Shown here: positions 29,916 through 40,853 of the stretch, in pieces | Layout of the letters: each line of letters begins with the position of its first letter | Position numbering within the stretch: position 1 is the first letter of the stretch | Assembly (NCBI GenBank): GCA_040220235.1 | Contig: JAVJTO010000085.1 | Strand: one strand, 5' to 3' | From: Coleofasciculus sp. B1-GNL1-01 | Lineage (GTDB): Bacteria > Cyanobacteriota > Cyanobacteriia > Cyanobacteriales > Coleofasciculaceae | Length of the DNA stretch: 57,697 nucleotides | The notes under the pieces: generated by a model | What the model was told of the DNA's origin: nothing | The model's input: only the letters and a program-made list of their open reading frames with translations | Databases searched by the model: none | Made by a program: the position numbers and the translations under genes

Positions 29916-32294
29916 TTACCCTTCTAATGAGCGCCGTGCAGCCTCTAAAAGTAACCGTTGTTCTGCGCGAGCGATCGCATAATAAGTCGCTTCCACATCA
30001 CTGACATCCACAGAAATAGACTGAATTCCCCATTCCACCAAGGATTCCACTACTTCCGGATACTGGGCTGGGGCTTGACCACATATTGCACAAGGAATCC
30101 CCGCCCCTTTTGCCATATCGATCAACTGCTTAATCGCTCCCATGACGGCGGGATGGCGTCCATCTAACGTTGAACCTAACTCCCCCAAATTGCGATCAGC
30201 AGCTAATAACAATTGCGTTAGATCATTCGTACCAATCGAGATTCCCTGCACCCCCGCTTTCACATAATCCGGCAGTAAAAACAGTATCGATGGCACTTCT
30301 GCCATAATCCAAAGTTGAAAATGAGGATTATCCATTAATCCTGCTTGTTCCACCCGACGGCGACAAAAGACAAACTCTTCAACCGTCCGCACAAATGGCA
30401 ACATTAACTGAACATTACTATACCCCTGAGCATAAAGTTGATGTAATGCCGCCAGTTCCAAATCAAAACTCGTCGGATCATGTAAATAACGATAAGTCCC
30501 CCGCCGCCCCAACATTGCATTCACCACCGATAAGGTTGAACCATTCACATTCGACGTATCCCCATGGATCAATTCCGCTTCACCCCAATCCAGGGAACGA
30601 TAAAATACAGGTCGTGGCATCAACGCCGCCGCAAACTGCATGATCAATTGGGCAAGGCGGGTGATTAACTCCTGTTTCCGCCCCTGTCGCAACCATTCCT
30701 GGGGGGGTTGATTATTCAATACGTCCAAAATCATCAATTCCGATCGCAATAAGCCAATCCCATCAATGGGTAAATCCCGAATTCGTTCCAGAGATTGGGT
30801 TTGGCTGAGATTCACCAACAATTGAGTCGCAATCGGAAATCGGTTATACTGCCTCTGTGATGGGGCATCGGCAAGGGTTTCCTGCTTCTCAATAGCGACA
30901 TCTACGGCTTCTTCAAGCTGTTTAGCATCCCTGGCTAAACGTTGAATTTCGCCGCGATCGCCATCTACCAACAGTACCTCCCCCGTTTGTACCAATTGGG
31001 TAATCCCAGGAACATTAACCACCGCTGGAATCCCCAATTCTCTCGCCACAATTGCCGCATGAGACGTCATTCCCCCCTGTTCCGTCACCACCCCTGCGGC
31101 TTGTCTTAATATAGGTAGCCAATCAGGAGCAATCGTTTGAGTCACTAAAATCCGATTCGGAGGGATAGTCCGCCAATTTTGTTCCTCCCCAATCATCACT
31201 TGCGCCACGGCTGTTACTTGTCCAGACGCCGCCGATAATCCTCGCAGTGACTGAGGTTGGGAGGGGAATGATTCAGCAGAAGAAGCAGACTGAGGGCGAA
31301 ATTGAGTCACGTATAGCTGAGGTTCTGTCGTGTTGGGAATTTTACAAAGAGTCCAGTCAAAAGAAAAGGGGGGATTGAATTGGGTTTGCAGTTTTCTGGA
31401 TAACGCCATAATCGGTTGCCAAGCGTTATCGTCCAAAACAAACTGCTGCTGTTCTCCTTGGCTGAGGGGATAAGCTTGCACGGCATTTCCTGTCGGTTCC
31501 GGGTTCAGCCGATAGGCGAGGGTTTTATTTCCTGGTTGACTTAGCAAAAGTTGATCGGTGGGAACCGCAATTTGATAGGTATCGGGTAAGACTTTACCCT
31601 GAGTAATTGCTATCCCTAGTCCCCAGGTGGCTTGGATCTGACAGAAATCAGATTTCGCCTGGAGAACGCCAGAGGCTAAAGTGTCATAGATCGGTTGTAC
31701 CAGAACCGCTAAATTAATTTGATCCAGTCCCATGCCAACCCGTTGCCAGTAAAATAAGCTTTTGGCTCGAAACAATTCTGCCCACACCTGCTTTAAAGTA
31801 TGGATCAGAGCATCCGGCTGTTTGCGGCAATAATGAGATGCTAAAAGTTCTGGAATCGGCGCAAACTCAGCCCAATCCTCACGGTTAACCGGATGAGTAG
31901 ACATCGGCGTCCGCGATCGCACCTCAGGAAGTGACATAGAAGGCTGTAAAATCAGGGCGGGAGCGTCTAGAGTTGACCCTGCATCCAGAATCTGCGATCG
32001 CCAACCGTCTGATACAGTGGCAGAGGTAATCACTTGGCGAATATGTTGAGCAACCTGTTGCAACTGACGGGGATTATCAACATTCACGTACAACGAGGAC
32101 TGGGGTAAATCGGCTAACAAGGGTTCTGATTGACTTAAATCAGCGATGACTTGCCAAAACGCGATCGCTGGAATCACAAAGCCGCGAATAACCGGATACC
32201 CTTGTTGCCCAAGTTGACTTAAGCCAAAGGCTTTCTCTCCCACCAGGGAACGTTGTGACAGTTGAATCTGATCCAGCCAGTAGAGATTGTCCAC
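29916..32294 (-). CDS. PEP-utilizing enzyme (PEP synthase-like, putative PEP-binding protein)
   Basis: VGEKA, GGMTSHAAIVARELGIP phospho-His motif, GIGLLRSE, MAEVPS, SIGTNDLTQ, ICGQAP; GTG 32294 preferred as start. Confidence 0.85.
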   Translation of the reverse strand: MDNLYWLDQIQLSQRSLVGEKAFGLSQLGQQGYPVIRGFVIPAIAFWQVIADLSQSEPLLADLPQSSLYVNVDNPRQLQQVAQHIRQVITSATVSDGWRSQILDAGSTLDAPALILQPSMSLPEVRSRTPMSTHPVNREDWAEFAPIPELLASHYCRKQPDALIHTLKQVWAELFRAKSLFYWQRVGMGLDQINLAVLVQPIYDTLASGVLQAKSDFCQIQATWGLGIAITQGKVLPDTYQIAVPTDQLLLSQPGNKTLAYRLNPEPTGNAVQAYPLSQGEQQQFVLDDNAWQPIMALSRKLQTQFNPPFSFDWTLCKIPNTTEPQLYVTQFRPQSASSAESFPSQPQSLRGLSAASGQVTAVAQVMIGEEQNWRTIPPNRILVTQTIAPDWLPILRQAAGVVTEQGGMTSHAAIVARELGIPAVVNVPGITQLVQTGEVLLVDGDRGEIQRLARDAKQLEEAVDVAIEKQETLADAPSQRQYNRFPIATQLLVNLSQTQSLERIRDLPIDGIGLLRSELMILDVLNNQPPQEWLRQGRKQELITRLAQLIMQFAAALMPRPVFYRSLDWGEAELIHGDTSNVNGSTLSVVNAMLGRRGTYRYLHDPTSFDLELAALHQLYAQGYSNVQLMLPFVRTVEEFVFCRRRVEQAGLMDNPHFQLWIMAEVPSILFLLPDYVKAGVQGISIGTNDLTQLLLAADRNLGELGSTLDGRHPAVMGAIKQLIDMAKGAGIPCAICGQAPAQYPEVVESLVEWGIQSISVDVSDVEATYYAIARAEQRLLLEAARRSLEG

Positions 32295-32599
32295 AATTTG
32301 CTTTGGAATACCACTCGCGGTTAAGTGATCTAGAATAACGGAAACTCGATTAGCCAACAGTGTTGAATGCGTAGGGGCGGGTTTAGGGAATCTCTTGTCG
32401 CTATTGATGATAACGTTTGTGCAAAACCCGCCCTAACCAAGTGTGTAGGGGCGGGTTTCACTACTATCGTTTTTGACCTCACCCAGATGTAACTAAACCC
32501 GCCCTGACTAAGGATTGACTTCTGTTTTCTGGGTTGCATGAGTAGAATTGCATAAGTCTTGTTAGGATAAATGTGAACAGTAGGTCTTGAATACTGGGT

Positions 32600-33043
32600 A
32601 TGTCATCAACCTCAACCCCTCTACCCGATTCCCTCGCCAAAATTGTGCAGCGATTTAAGCGACGGACGAATCCTAAACAACGGTATGAACAGCTTCTCTG
32701 GTATGCCAAGAAGCTTCAGGATATGCCAGAAGCAGACAAAACACCGGAAAATAAAGTCCAAGGCTGCGTTTCCCAGGTTTACATCACTGCCAACCTAGAA
32801 GACGGCAAGGTATGGTATCAAGGAGATTCAGACGCCCAGTTAGTCAAAGGGCTAGTGGCGCTGCTGATTGAAGGGTTGAATGGGCTTCCCCCAGAGGACA
32901 TTGTGGACGTGTCCCCAGAGTTTATCCAAGAAACCGGGTTAAATGTCAGCTTAACCCCCTCTCGTGCCAATGGCTTCTACAATATTTTCCAGACGATGAA
33001 GAAAAAAGCCCTGGGATTCAAACTAGCAACGAATCCTAGTTAG
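32600..33043 (+). CDS. sufE: cysteine desulfuration protein SufE
   Basis: NKVQGCVSQVY, GDSDAQLVKGL, SLTPSRANGF. Confidence 0.95.
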   Translation: MSSTSTPLPDSLAKIVQRFKRRTNPKQRYEQLLWYAKKLQDMPEADKTPENKVQGCVSQVYITANLEDGKVWYQGDSDAQLVKGLVALLIEGLNGLPPEDIVDVSPEFIQETGLNVSLTPSRANGFYNIFQTMKKKALGFKLATNPS

Positions 33044-33298
33044 GGGTTGCTGAATAAGTGCTGTGGTGAGGGGGAGCGGGAGAATTCAAAGTCTCTCTCC
33101 TTGTAGGAGAGAGGTTTGGAGAGAGGTTTTCCAGATCCCGTGAAAAGTAAGAACCTACTGGCGTGGCACAGCTAAAATGGTGGAACAGATTTCACCATTG
33201 AATCGGGCGCACGTCTGTGCGCCCCTACGGTTTCTGGACATAAGGTTAACTAACCTATCAAATGATGCGTCCTAACCGCTATGGCGATTGCTATATTA

Positions 33299-33859
33299 TT
33301 AATGGGTGACACTGCGCTTAAGCACAAAAAAGAACGGTTGGGGTGAGCGTTTCAAATCCATAATTCCTAACACAGTATTGTCATCTACTTTCCGAAACGA
33401 GTCATTAATCGGCAAATGATCATAGATCATCGTGGCACTGACTTTTCCTCGATAGTCCATCATTCGGAGTCGCGCTTGACTTTCCTCAGTTTTCACAAAG
33501 GGTTTCAGGAAGGAATTCGTCAAGCTTAGCCAAGGTTTCAGAGAGTCATTTTTGAGAATTGGCAAATTAAAAAGTACGTTAATTGCTGTGGGATGGGGCG
33601 CAACCTTAAAAATTGTTCCCTGGCTATCTAAAAATAACAATGGGTGAACTGTCTCCGGATCAACAAATTCTTTTCCATACCAATTCAATGTTTCTAAGAA
33701 GCCATCCAGATGGTGATCAGTATGGAGTCCCGATCCTTGCCAACGACCAATCATAAAGTCTAAATCCACGGGTTCGAGAGCGTCAAATAATTGTAACGCT
33801 GTTTCGGTTGTCGTTTTCCCTGCGTTCAGAACCGACTGGCAGCTTTCTACTGTTTGCAT
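33299..33859 (-). CDS. GXWXG/DUF4334 domain protein
   Basis: IGRWQG, WYGKEF, ATMIYDHLPINDSFRKVD. Confidence 0.85.
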   Translation of the reverse strand: MQTVESCQSVLNAGKTTTETALQLFDALEPVDLDFMIGRWQGSGLHTDHHLDGFLETLNWYGKEFVDPETVHPLLFLDSQGTIFKVAPHPTAINVLFNLPILKNDSLKPWLSLTNSFLKPFVKTEESQARLRMMDYRGKVSATMIYDHLPINDSFRKVDDNTVLGIMDLKRSPQPFFFVLKRSVTH

Positions 33860-33946
33860 GTTTTTAAGGATTGTGTAATGGTGGCGATCGCGAGTTGTTT
33901 AGCCTGTCTCCTACCCTGAAGTCCTCTTGCCTCTACCTTTCTTTTA

Positions 33947-35026
33947 TCAAACCGTTGAAGCCCTTAATTGTCCACAGGCGGCGTCTTTTTCTAAACCGCG
34001 AGAACGACGCACACTGACGGCAATGTTATGCTGTTCTAATGCCTCAACAAAGGCTTGAATTCGCCGGGGACTAGGACGCTGATAATCCACTTCGCTAATT
34101 GGATTGTAGGGAATCAAATTAACGTGACTCTGAAATCCGCGTAGGTGTTGAGCTAATTCTATTCCATGTTCGGGTTGGTCATTTAGTCCGGCTAAAAGGA
34201 TATATTCAAAGGTAACTCGGCGTCCGGTTATCTTGACATAATCCCGACATTCCTGTAGTAAATCAGCTAACGGATAGCGTTTAGCACTGGGAATCAATTG
34301 TTCGCGTAGTTGCTGATTAGAAGCGTGGAGACTGACAGCAAAGGTCAATTGCAGTTTATGTTTTGCCAGTTGACGAATGCGATCGCGAATGCCTACGGTG
34401 GAGATGGTCAGCGATCGCATACCAATGCCAATATCTTGATTGAGCGATCGCACAGCCGCGAGAACCGCCTCTAAATTCAGTAAGGGTTCTCCCATGCCCA
34501 TAAATACAACATTACTCACCCGTTGCCCAAAATCCTCCTGAACCGTCAAAACTTGATCAACAATCTCGTGAGGGTGGAGATTCCGGGTAAATCCGCCTTT
34601 CCCCGTCGCACAAAAGTCACACGCCATGGGACAACCGACTTGGGAGGAGACGCAAACCGTTAACCGATTAGCAGTGGGAATCCCGACGGTTTCAATAATA
34701 TTTCCATCTGCCAACCGCAGCAAATATTTGACCGTGCGATCGGGAGCCTGAGAGCGATAATGTAGAGTAGAACGACCAATGGGGACATCAACTAAGGCTT
34801 GCCGCCATGACTTGGAAAAGACTGAAATCTCACTAAGGCGTCGCACCCCTTTTTGATAAATCCAGTTATGAAGCTGGCGTCCCCGATAGGCAGGTTGTCC
34901 TTGCTGTTGTACCCAATGGGTTAACTCAGCCAAACTTGCTCCTAATAGCGGTGTTTTGGTTCCATTTAGCGGACTCTTTTCTGGGGATACGGGGGAATGG
35001 GAGGACGAGGTGACGGAGTAAGCCAT
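33947..35026 (-). CDS. rlmN: dual-specificity RNA methyltransferase RlmN (radical SAM)
   Basis: [31 protein letters not shown]. Confidence 0.95.
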   Translation of the reverse strand: MAYSVTSSSHSPVSPEKSPLNGTKTPLLGASLAELTHWVQQQGQPAYRGRQLHNWIYQKGVRRLSEISVFSKSWRQALVDVPIGRSTLHYRSQAPDRTVKYLLRLADGNIIETVGIPTANRLTVCVSSQVGCPMACDFCATGKGGFTRNLHPHEIVDQVLTVQEDFGQRVSNVVFMGMGEPLLNLEAVLAAVRSLNQDIGIGMRSLTISTVGIRDRIRQLAKHKLQLTFAVSLHASNQQLREQLIPSAKRYPLADLLQECRDYVKITGRRVTFEYILLAGLNDQPEHGIELAQHLRGFQSHVNLIPYNPISEVDYQRPSPRRIQAFVEALEQHNIAVSVRRSRGLEKDAACGQLRASTV

Positions 35027-35305
35027 AAGCCTGATAATTCTTTACTGCACTGATTGTTGATTTTGTCAAGATTAGTAGCCGGACTAGAGGTGAGATTGAG
35101 GCAGTCGGGTCTAGATCTAATTCTACCGCCTCAGTAAGAGTTGAGGTGGGAAACCATAGAGATAAAATGAAGGACGAATCAACCGAGAGAATAAATGGAC
35201 TCGATTAAAATCGCCAAATTCTCTCTAAGTAGGTTAATAGAGATAAATCCAACTTCCGACAAGTCCTGTAACTATTCCTCAACCCCTTATATACACGAAT
35301 GACAA

Positions 35306-37012
35306 ATGACAAACGACAAAAACAAAGCCCAGCTAATTAAATGTCCAACTGGCATTCAGGGACTTGACGAAATTACCAATGGTGGATTACCTCAAGGGCG
35401 TCCTACATTACTATGCGGCAAAGCCGGCTGCGGTAAGACACTGATGGCAATGGAATTTCTGGTACATGGTGCCACGGAGTATCAGGAACCAGGTGTTTTC
35501 ATTTCCTTTGAAGAGTCACCCGATGAACTGACGCAGAATGTCGCTTCCTTCGGTTGGGATTTAACAGCATTAGCTGATCAGAAGAAACTGGCGCTTCATT
35601 ATGTGCATATTGATCGCACTCAGATCCAGGAAACTGGCGAATATGATCTCGAAGCCTTATTTATTCGTCTCGGCTATGCCATCGACTCAATTAATGCCAA
35701 GCGGGTTGTCTTAGACACCCTAGAGGTTTTATTTGCCGGATTGCAAAATAATGCGATCGTGCGTTCTGAATTGCGGCGACTGTTTCTGTGGCTTAAAGAA
35801 AAGGGCGTGACGGCGATTATTACGGGTGAAAGTGGTCAAAATACGCTCACTCGTCAGGGTTTAGAAGAATACGTTTCCGATTGTGTTATTTTCCTCAATC
35901 AACGGATCATCAATGAACTGGCAACACGACGATTACATATTGTCAAGTATCGCGGTTCTAGACATGGTACAAACGAATATCCATTCCTGATTGAAGACGA
36001 CGGGATTTCTGTATTACCTCTCACCTCTGTGGGATTAGATTACCAGGTATCCAATGAGCGGATATCTACAGGCGTTGAGCGCTTGGATAGCATGCTGGGA
36101 GGTGCAGGCTATTTTCGTGGCAGCAGTATTCTGATTTCTGGTACAGCGGGAACAGGTAAGAGTTCACTGTGCGCCCATTTCGCTGAGGCAACTTGCTTGC
36201 GGGGAGAACGATGTCTCTACTTCGCCTTCGAGGAATCGGCTAGCCAGATTATCCGCAATATGCGATCAATTGGCATCGATTTAGAACCATCTGTACAAAA
36301 AGGTTTGTTAAAAATTCAAGCCATGCGTCCAACCTTTTATGGGTTAGAGATGCATTTAGTCAAAATTCATCGTTTTGTTAATAAGTTTAAACCCACCGTT
36401 GTGATCATCGATCCGATATCCAATCTGACGGATATCGGTAACTATATGCAAGTCAAATCATTTATGATGCGTCTGGTTGATTTCTTTAAAACGCTCCAAA
36501 TCACCACGGTTTTGACCCATCTAAATTTAGGCGGAAATCCTCTGGAACAGACGGATTTAGGTATTTCCTCGTTAATGGATACATGGTTGCTGTTGCGGGA
36601 TGACGAAAGTAGCGGTGAACGCAATCGTTTACTGTTTGTCCTGAAATCTCGCGGCATGAAACATTCTCATCAAGTCCGTGAATTTCGTTTGACAGATACA
36701 GGGGTGAAATTAGTAGATGTGTATCTGGGAGCAGGTGGTGTCATGGCGGGAACCGCACGAACCATCCAAGAATCACAAGAAAAGGCAGAGGCATTAGTTC
36801 GCCGACAAGCCATTGAACGTAAGCAACATGAAATCGAACGCAAACGCCAGATTATGGAAGTTCAGATTCAAGCGTTGCAAGCTGAATTTGAAACTCAAAA
36901 AGAAGAAATCGAGCAAATGATTCAGCAAGAGAAGTTGCGGGAGAAGACACTGATCCAAGATCGTCAACTAAGGGCGCAGATACGTGATTCTGATTCCCTA
37001 GAGGAGATGTAA
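35306..37012 (+). CDS. kaiC: circadian clock protein KaiC homolog (KaiC2-type, C-terminal coiled coil)
   Basis: two RecA-like domains (GKAGCGKT, GTAGTGKS), ISSLMD phosphosite region, KYRGS and KSRG motifs. Confidence 0.9.
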   Translation: MTNDKNKAQLIKCPTGIQGLDEITNGGLPQGRPTLLCGKAGCGKTLMAMEFLVHGATEYQEPGVFISFEESPDELTQNVASFGWDLTALADQKKLALHYVHIDRTQIQETGEYDLEALFIRLGYAIDSINAKRVVLDTLEVLFAGLQNNAIVRSELRRLFLWLKEKGVTAIITGESGQNTLTRQGLEEYVSDCVIFLNQRIINELATRRLHIVKYRGSRHGTNEYPFLIEDDGISVLPLTSVGLDYQVSNERISTGVERLDSMLGGAGYFRGSSILISGTAGTGKSSLCAHFAEATCLRGERCLYFAFEESASQIIRNMRSIGIDLEPSVQKGLLKIQAMRPTFYGLEMHLVKIHRFVNKFKPTVVIIDPISNLTDIGNYMQVKSFMMRLVDFFKTLQITTVLTHLNLGGNPLEQTDLGISSLMDTWLLLRDDESSGERNRLLFVLKSRGMKHSHQVREFRLTDTGVKLVDVYLGAGGVMAGTARTIQESQEKAEALVRRQAIERKQHEIERKRQIMEVQIQALQAEFETQKEEIEQMIQQEKLREKTLIQDRQLRAQIRDSDSLEEM

Positions 37013-37139
37013 GGATAAGAATTAATAAGTAATACATAATACATAATCAAAAAAAATGAATCCTTTAGCAGATCAGTTTTAGAGGAAGTCACGGTACAAT
37101 GACTAGATTAGTATTATAGGGAGGCAAAACAGCATCGTC

Positions 37140-37493
37140 ATGAATGATTTCGACAAAAATAATGACAAGTCGTCGGAGTTAATCGAAGACTCTCAATCTA
37201 GTTTAGATTCCTTGGTTAACCTGGAGGTAGAAACTTATGTTTTTCGTTTGTATGTTGCTCAAAATAATTTCAAATCGATCCAAGCGGTTAAAAATATAAA
37301 AAGCATCTGTGAAGAACACCTAAAAGGACGTTATGAACTGGAAATTATCGACATCTACGAAAATCCAGAACGTTTAGAACAAGAACAGATTTTTGCTGTA
37401 CCAACTCTGATCAAAGAACTTCCTCCTCCTTTACAGCGTTTAATTGGGGATATGACCGATAAGGAAAAGGTTAAGATTTGCTTGAGTATTTGA
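37140..37493 (+). CDS. kaiB: KaiB-family protein
   Basis: YVFRLYVA, YELEIIDI, AVPTLIKELPPPLQRLIGDM. Confidence 0.85.
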   Translation: MNDFDKNNDKSSELIEDSQSSLDSLVNLEVETYVFRLYVAQNNFKSIQAVKNIKSICEEHLKGRYELEIIDIYENPERLEQEQIFAVPTLIKELPPPLQRLIGDMTDKEKVKICLSI

Positions 37494-37673
37494 TCAATCA
37501 ACATATTTTTAATACCAAGGGTCGATTAATTGATTGATTGAGTATAAACCTGCTCAGAATGGATGAGATTGAGCATTGATTAGAAAATTTTTCGATAAAC
37601 TGGTAACATTATCAACACATACATAGACCTACAGCATCTAATCTGCCGTCTCATTAGAGAAAACAGCTAAACC

Positions 37674-38168
37674 GTGAAACCCAATCGTATTACTCCTGAA
37701 CCTGGTCAAGAATCTGTCTGGGATTACCCACGTCCTCCTCGCCTAGAGGAGACAACAAAGCATATTCGGATAATCTTTAACGGGATCGCGATCGCAGATA
37801 CCCGACGGGCAAAACGGGTATTGGAAACCAGCCATCCTCCCTGCTATTACATCCCACCGGAAGACATTAAACTAGAACATTTAGCCAAGACAGGGCGTAA
37901 AAGTTTTTGTGAATGGAAGGGAATGGCTGGATATGCCGACGTTGTGGTAGGTGACAAGCGGGCTGCCAATGCCGCCTGGTATTATCCTCAGCCAACTCCA
38001 GAGTTTGCTTCGATTAAAGATCACGTTAGCTTTTACGCCAGTAAAATGGACGCCTGCTATGTCGATGATGAATTAGTTCAATCTCAACCGGGGGACTTCT
38101 ACGGGGGATGGATCACTAACGATATAGTCGGACCCTTCAAAGGTGGAGCCGGAACAATGGGATGGTAG
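37674..38168 (+). CDS. DUF427 domain protein
   Basis: ESVWDYPRPP, VLETSHPP, CEWKG, FYGGWIT. Confidence 0.9.
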   Translation: MKPNRITPEPGQESVWDYPRPPRLEETTKHIRIIFNGIAIADTRRAKRVLETSHPPCYYIPPEDIKLEHLAKTGRKSFCEWKGMAGYADVVVGDKRAANAAWYYPQPTPEFASIKDHVSFYASKMDACYVDDELVQSQPGDFYGGWITNDIVGPFKGGAGTMGW

Positions 38169-38219
38169 AGTTAAAATGCTATCCAATCGGACATTTGTTT
38201 AGTCTCCGCCATACCCACG

Positions 38220-39098
38220 ATGCTGCAAACCATACCTTCCCTGATCCTGGCGTTTCAATTTGCCTCTCCAGGACCCATTCTGGTGAAGCTAGGACCACTG
38301 ACGATCCGGTGGTACGGTTTATTAATTGCGTCAGCCGTATTAATTGGAGTCAGTCTATCCCAATATTTAGCCAAACGCCGTAACGTCGATCCAAACGCGA
38401 TCGCGGATTTAGCCATCTGGCTGGTGATTGGGGCAATTCCCTGTGCCAGACTTTACTATGTCTTGTTTGAATGGGAACAATACGCCCAACGCCCGGAAGA
38501 TATTATTGCGATTTGGAAAGGGGGTATCGCCATTCACGGTGCTATTTTGGGTGGACTTGTCGCCACGATCATTTTTGCCCGGATTCAGAAACTATCGGTG
38601 TGGTTATTAGCCGATTTGGTTGTTCCTTCGCTAATTTTGGGGCAAGCTATTGGACGTTGGGGTAATTTCTTTAACTCAGAAGCCTTTGGCAGTCCCACAA
38701 ATTTACCATGGAAACTGTATATTCCTCCCCAACAGCGCCCTCCAGGGTACATCAATTATCAATATTTCCATCCCACGTTTCTTTATGAGTCGCTGTGGAA
38801 TTTATTGATTTTTGCCATACTGATCACCTTATTTTTTCGGGATTTGAAACGAAAACCGCACCTGAAAGTTGGCACATTGGCCCTAATTTATCTGGTGGGT
38901 TATAGTGCAGGTCGCATTTGGATTGAAGGATTACGAACGGATAGTCTGATGGTCGGACCTTTACGCATTGCTCAAATTGTCAGTTTAGTATCAATTCTCT
39001 TGGGATTGGCAGGTTTAGCATGGCTCTACTGGTTCCGTCGTCCTCTCCCAGATGTTGTACCACCAGAAAATCAGCAATGGGATACGGTTGCTGAGTAG
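38220..39098 (+). CDS. lgt: prolipoprotein diacylglyceryl transferase
   Basis: [33 protein letters not shown]. Confidence 0.95.
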   Translation: MLQTIPSLILAFQFASPGPILVKLGPLTIRWYGLLIASAVLIGVSLSQYLAKRRNVDPNAIADLAIWLVIGAIPCARLYYVLFEWEQYAQRPEDIIAIWKGGIAIHGAILGGLVATIIFARIQKLSVWLLADLVVPSLILGQAIGRWGNFFNSEAFGSPTNLPWKLYIPPQQRPPGYINYQYFHPTFLYESLWNLLIFAILITLFFRDLKRKPHLKVGTLALIYLVGYSAGRIWIEGLRTDSLMVGPLRIAQIVSLVSILLGLAGLAWLYWFRRPLPDVVPPENQQWDTVAE

Positions 39099-39349
39099 CA
39101 CAGGGTTCATTGGTGTCAATTTAACGCTAGAATACCATCTACATACAAGTTTAAACTGAGACCTGCGGCACTCTTCACAAACTCCAAAATACGGTGAGGT
39201 GGAGAATAACAAAAGTACCGTAGGGTGGGCATTGCCCACCAGCTTTAAGTCAGTGGAATTCTACTTAATGTAGTGAGCAAGATGCTCATACTACGACAAG
39301 GATTCCGCAATTCTTGACATTAAGGTTTAAATGCCGAACAGTTTAACTG

Positions 39350-39755
39350 AAATAACAAAAGCCCCAGAGAAAAAATCTCTAGGACTGAACCAGGGTGCAT
39401 CTACCATTTCTTTCTTCTTATCCCTATGAACCTGATCCGGAAAAGTCGTCTAAAAATAACAAAAGCCCCAGAGAAAAAATCTCTAGGACTGAACCAGGGT
39501 GCATCTACCATTTCTTTCTTCTTATCTCTATGAACCTGATCCGGAAAAGCCGTATAAAAATAACAAAAGCCCCAGAGAAAAAATCTCTAGGACTGAACCA
39601 GGGTGCATCTACCATTTCTTTCTTCTTATCTCTATGAACCTAATCCGGAAAAGTCGTCTAAAAATAACAAAAGCCCCAGAGAAAAAATCTCTAGGACTGA
39701 ACCAGGGTGCATCTACCATTTCTTTCTTCTTATCCCTATGAACCTGATCCGGAAA
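39350..39755 (+). repeat. 104-bp tandem repeat, about 3.9 near-identical copies, directly upstream of cobM
   Basis: same unit recurs at 39353, 39457, 39561 and 39665 (period 104). Confidence 0.95.
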
Positions 39756-39760
39756 TTTAT

Positions 39761-40615
39761 ATGTATCAAAGTTCTGACTCTACTCAACTTCAAAACCCTC
39801 TCCCTTCCCTAGCCCCAGCCGTCTACATTATTGGTGCTGGACCTGGAGATCCGGAGTTACTAACCGTTAAAGCGTTGAAAATGCTGCAAAAAGCAGATGT
39901 TATTTTATTTGCCGACTCCTTAGTGCCACCACAAATTTTGCAGGAAACCCGTCCGGATGCAGAAATTATCAGAACTGGGAATAAAACCCTAGAAGACATC
40001 TTACCCCTGATGATTGAACGAGTGCGATCGCAAAAATCGGTAGTTCGTCTGCATTCGGGTGATCTAAGTCTATACAGCGCCATTCACGAGCAAATGCAAG
40101 CCCTTACCGAGGCGGAAATTCCCTTTGAAGTGATTCCTGGCATTAGTGCTTACCAAGCGGCGGCAGCTAAACTAGGCGTTGAACTCACCGTGCCGGACGT
40201 GGTACAAACCATTATCCTGACGCGCATTAGTGGTCGAGCCTCAGCCGTACCTGAGTCGGAAGAATTAGCATCCCTAGCCGCGCATCAAGCCAGTCTTTGT
40301 CTTTACCTAAGCGCTCGTCATATAGACGCCGCCCAAGCCAAACTGATGCAACATTATCCAGCAAATACCCCGGTTGCTGTCTGTTTTCGGATCAGTTGGT
40401 CAGATGAAAAAATGTGGCTTGTCCCTCTAGAGCAAATGGCAGCACTCACTCACCAGGAAAATCTAATTCGGACAACACTTTATATTATTAGTCCCGCCTT
40501 AAAAACACCCTGGTCTTTACCTGAAACAATATCTAGCCAAGATACCAAAGTAGGAACACGTTCCCGCCTTTACCATCCGGAACACTCCCACCTATTTCGC
40601 CGCGAGGGGAGATAG
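39761..40615 (+). CDS. cobM: precorrin-4 C11-methyltransferase
   Basis: IIGAGPGDPELLT, RLHSGD, PGISAY, SRLYHPEHSHLFR; ATG 39761 lies just after the repeat array. Confidence 0.92.
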   Translation: MYQSSDSTQLQNPLPSLAPAVYIIGAGPGDPELLTVKALKMLQKADVILFADSLVPPQILQETRPDAEIIRTGNKTLEDILPLMIERVRSQKSVVRLHSGDLSLYSAIHEQMQALTEAEIPFEVIPGISAYQAAAAKLGVELTVPDVVQTIILTRISGRASAVPESEELASLAAHQASLCLYLSARHIDAAQAKLMQHYPANTPVAVCFRISWSDEKMWLVPLEQMAALTHQENLIRTTLYIISPALKTPWSLPETISSQDTKVGTRSRLYHPEHSHLFRREGR

Positions 40616-40753
40616 GGGAGCTGGGGGAGCTGGGGAAGCTGGGGGAGCTGGGGAAGCTGGGGAAGCTGGGGAAGCTGGGGAAGCTGGGGGAGCTGGGGAA
40701 GCTGGGGAAGCTGGGGAAGCTGGGGGAGCTGGGGGAGCTGGGGAAGCTGGGGG
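40615..40753 (+). repeat. 9-bp G-rich tandem repeat GGGG(A/G)AGCT, about 15 copies
   Basis: direct reading; related short runs at about 3458-3484 and 16877-16912. Confidence 0.95.
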
Positions 40754-40853
40754 TAAGTGAAACCCAACAGGCTAACGGATGGCGTTAAAATTCCTATCAT
40801 TAACTCTGCGAGTATAGTGATTGTATTGCCTGTTCCCTGTTCCCTAGTCAACT

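Noticed and set aside
39350..39755. CRISPR array
   Set aside because: Units are contiguous 104-bp near-identical copies with no unique spacers.
39395..39812. Three similar 69-80 aa ORFs
   Set aside because: Artefacts of the 104-bp repeat read in successive frames.
40570..40851. PQL-repeat protein
   Set aside because: Translation of the 9-bp tandem repeat on the opposite strand; overlaps the cobM end.
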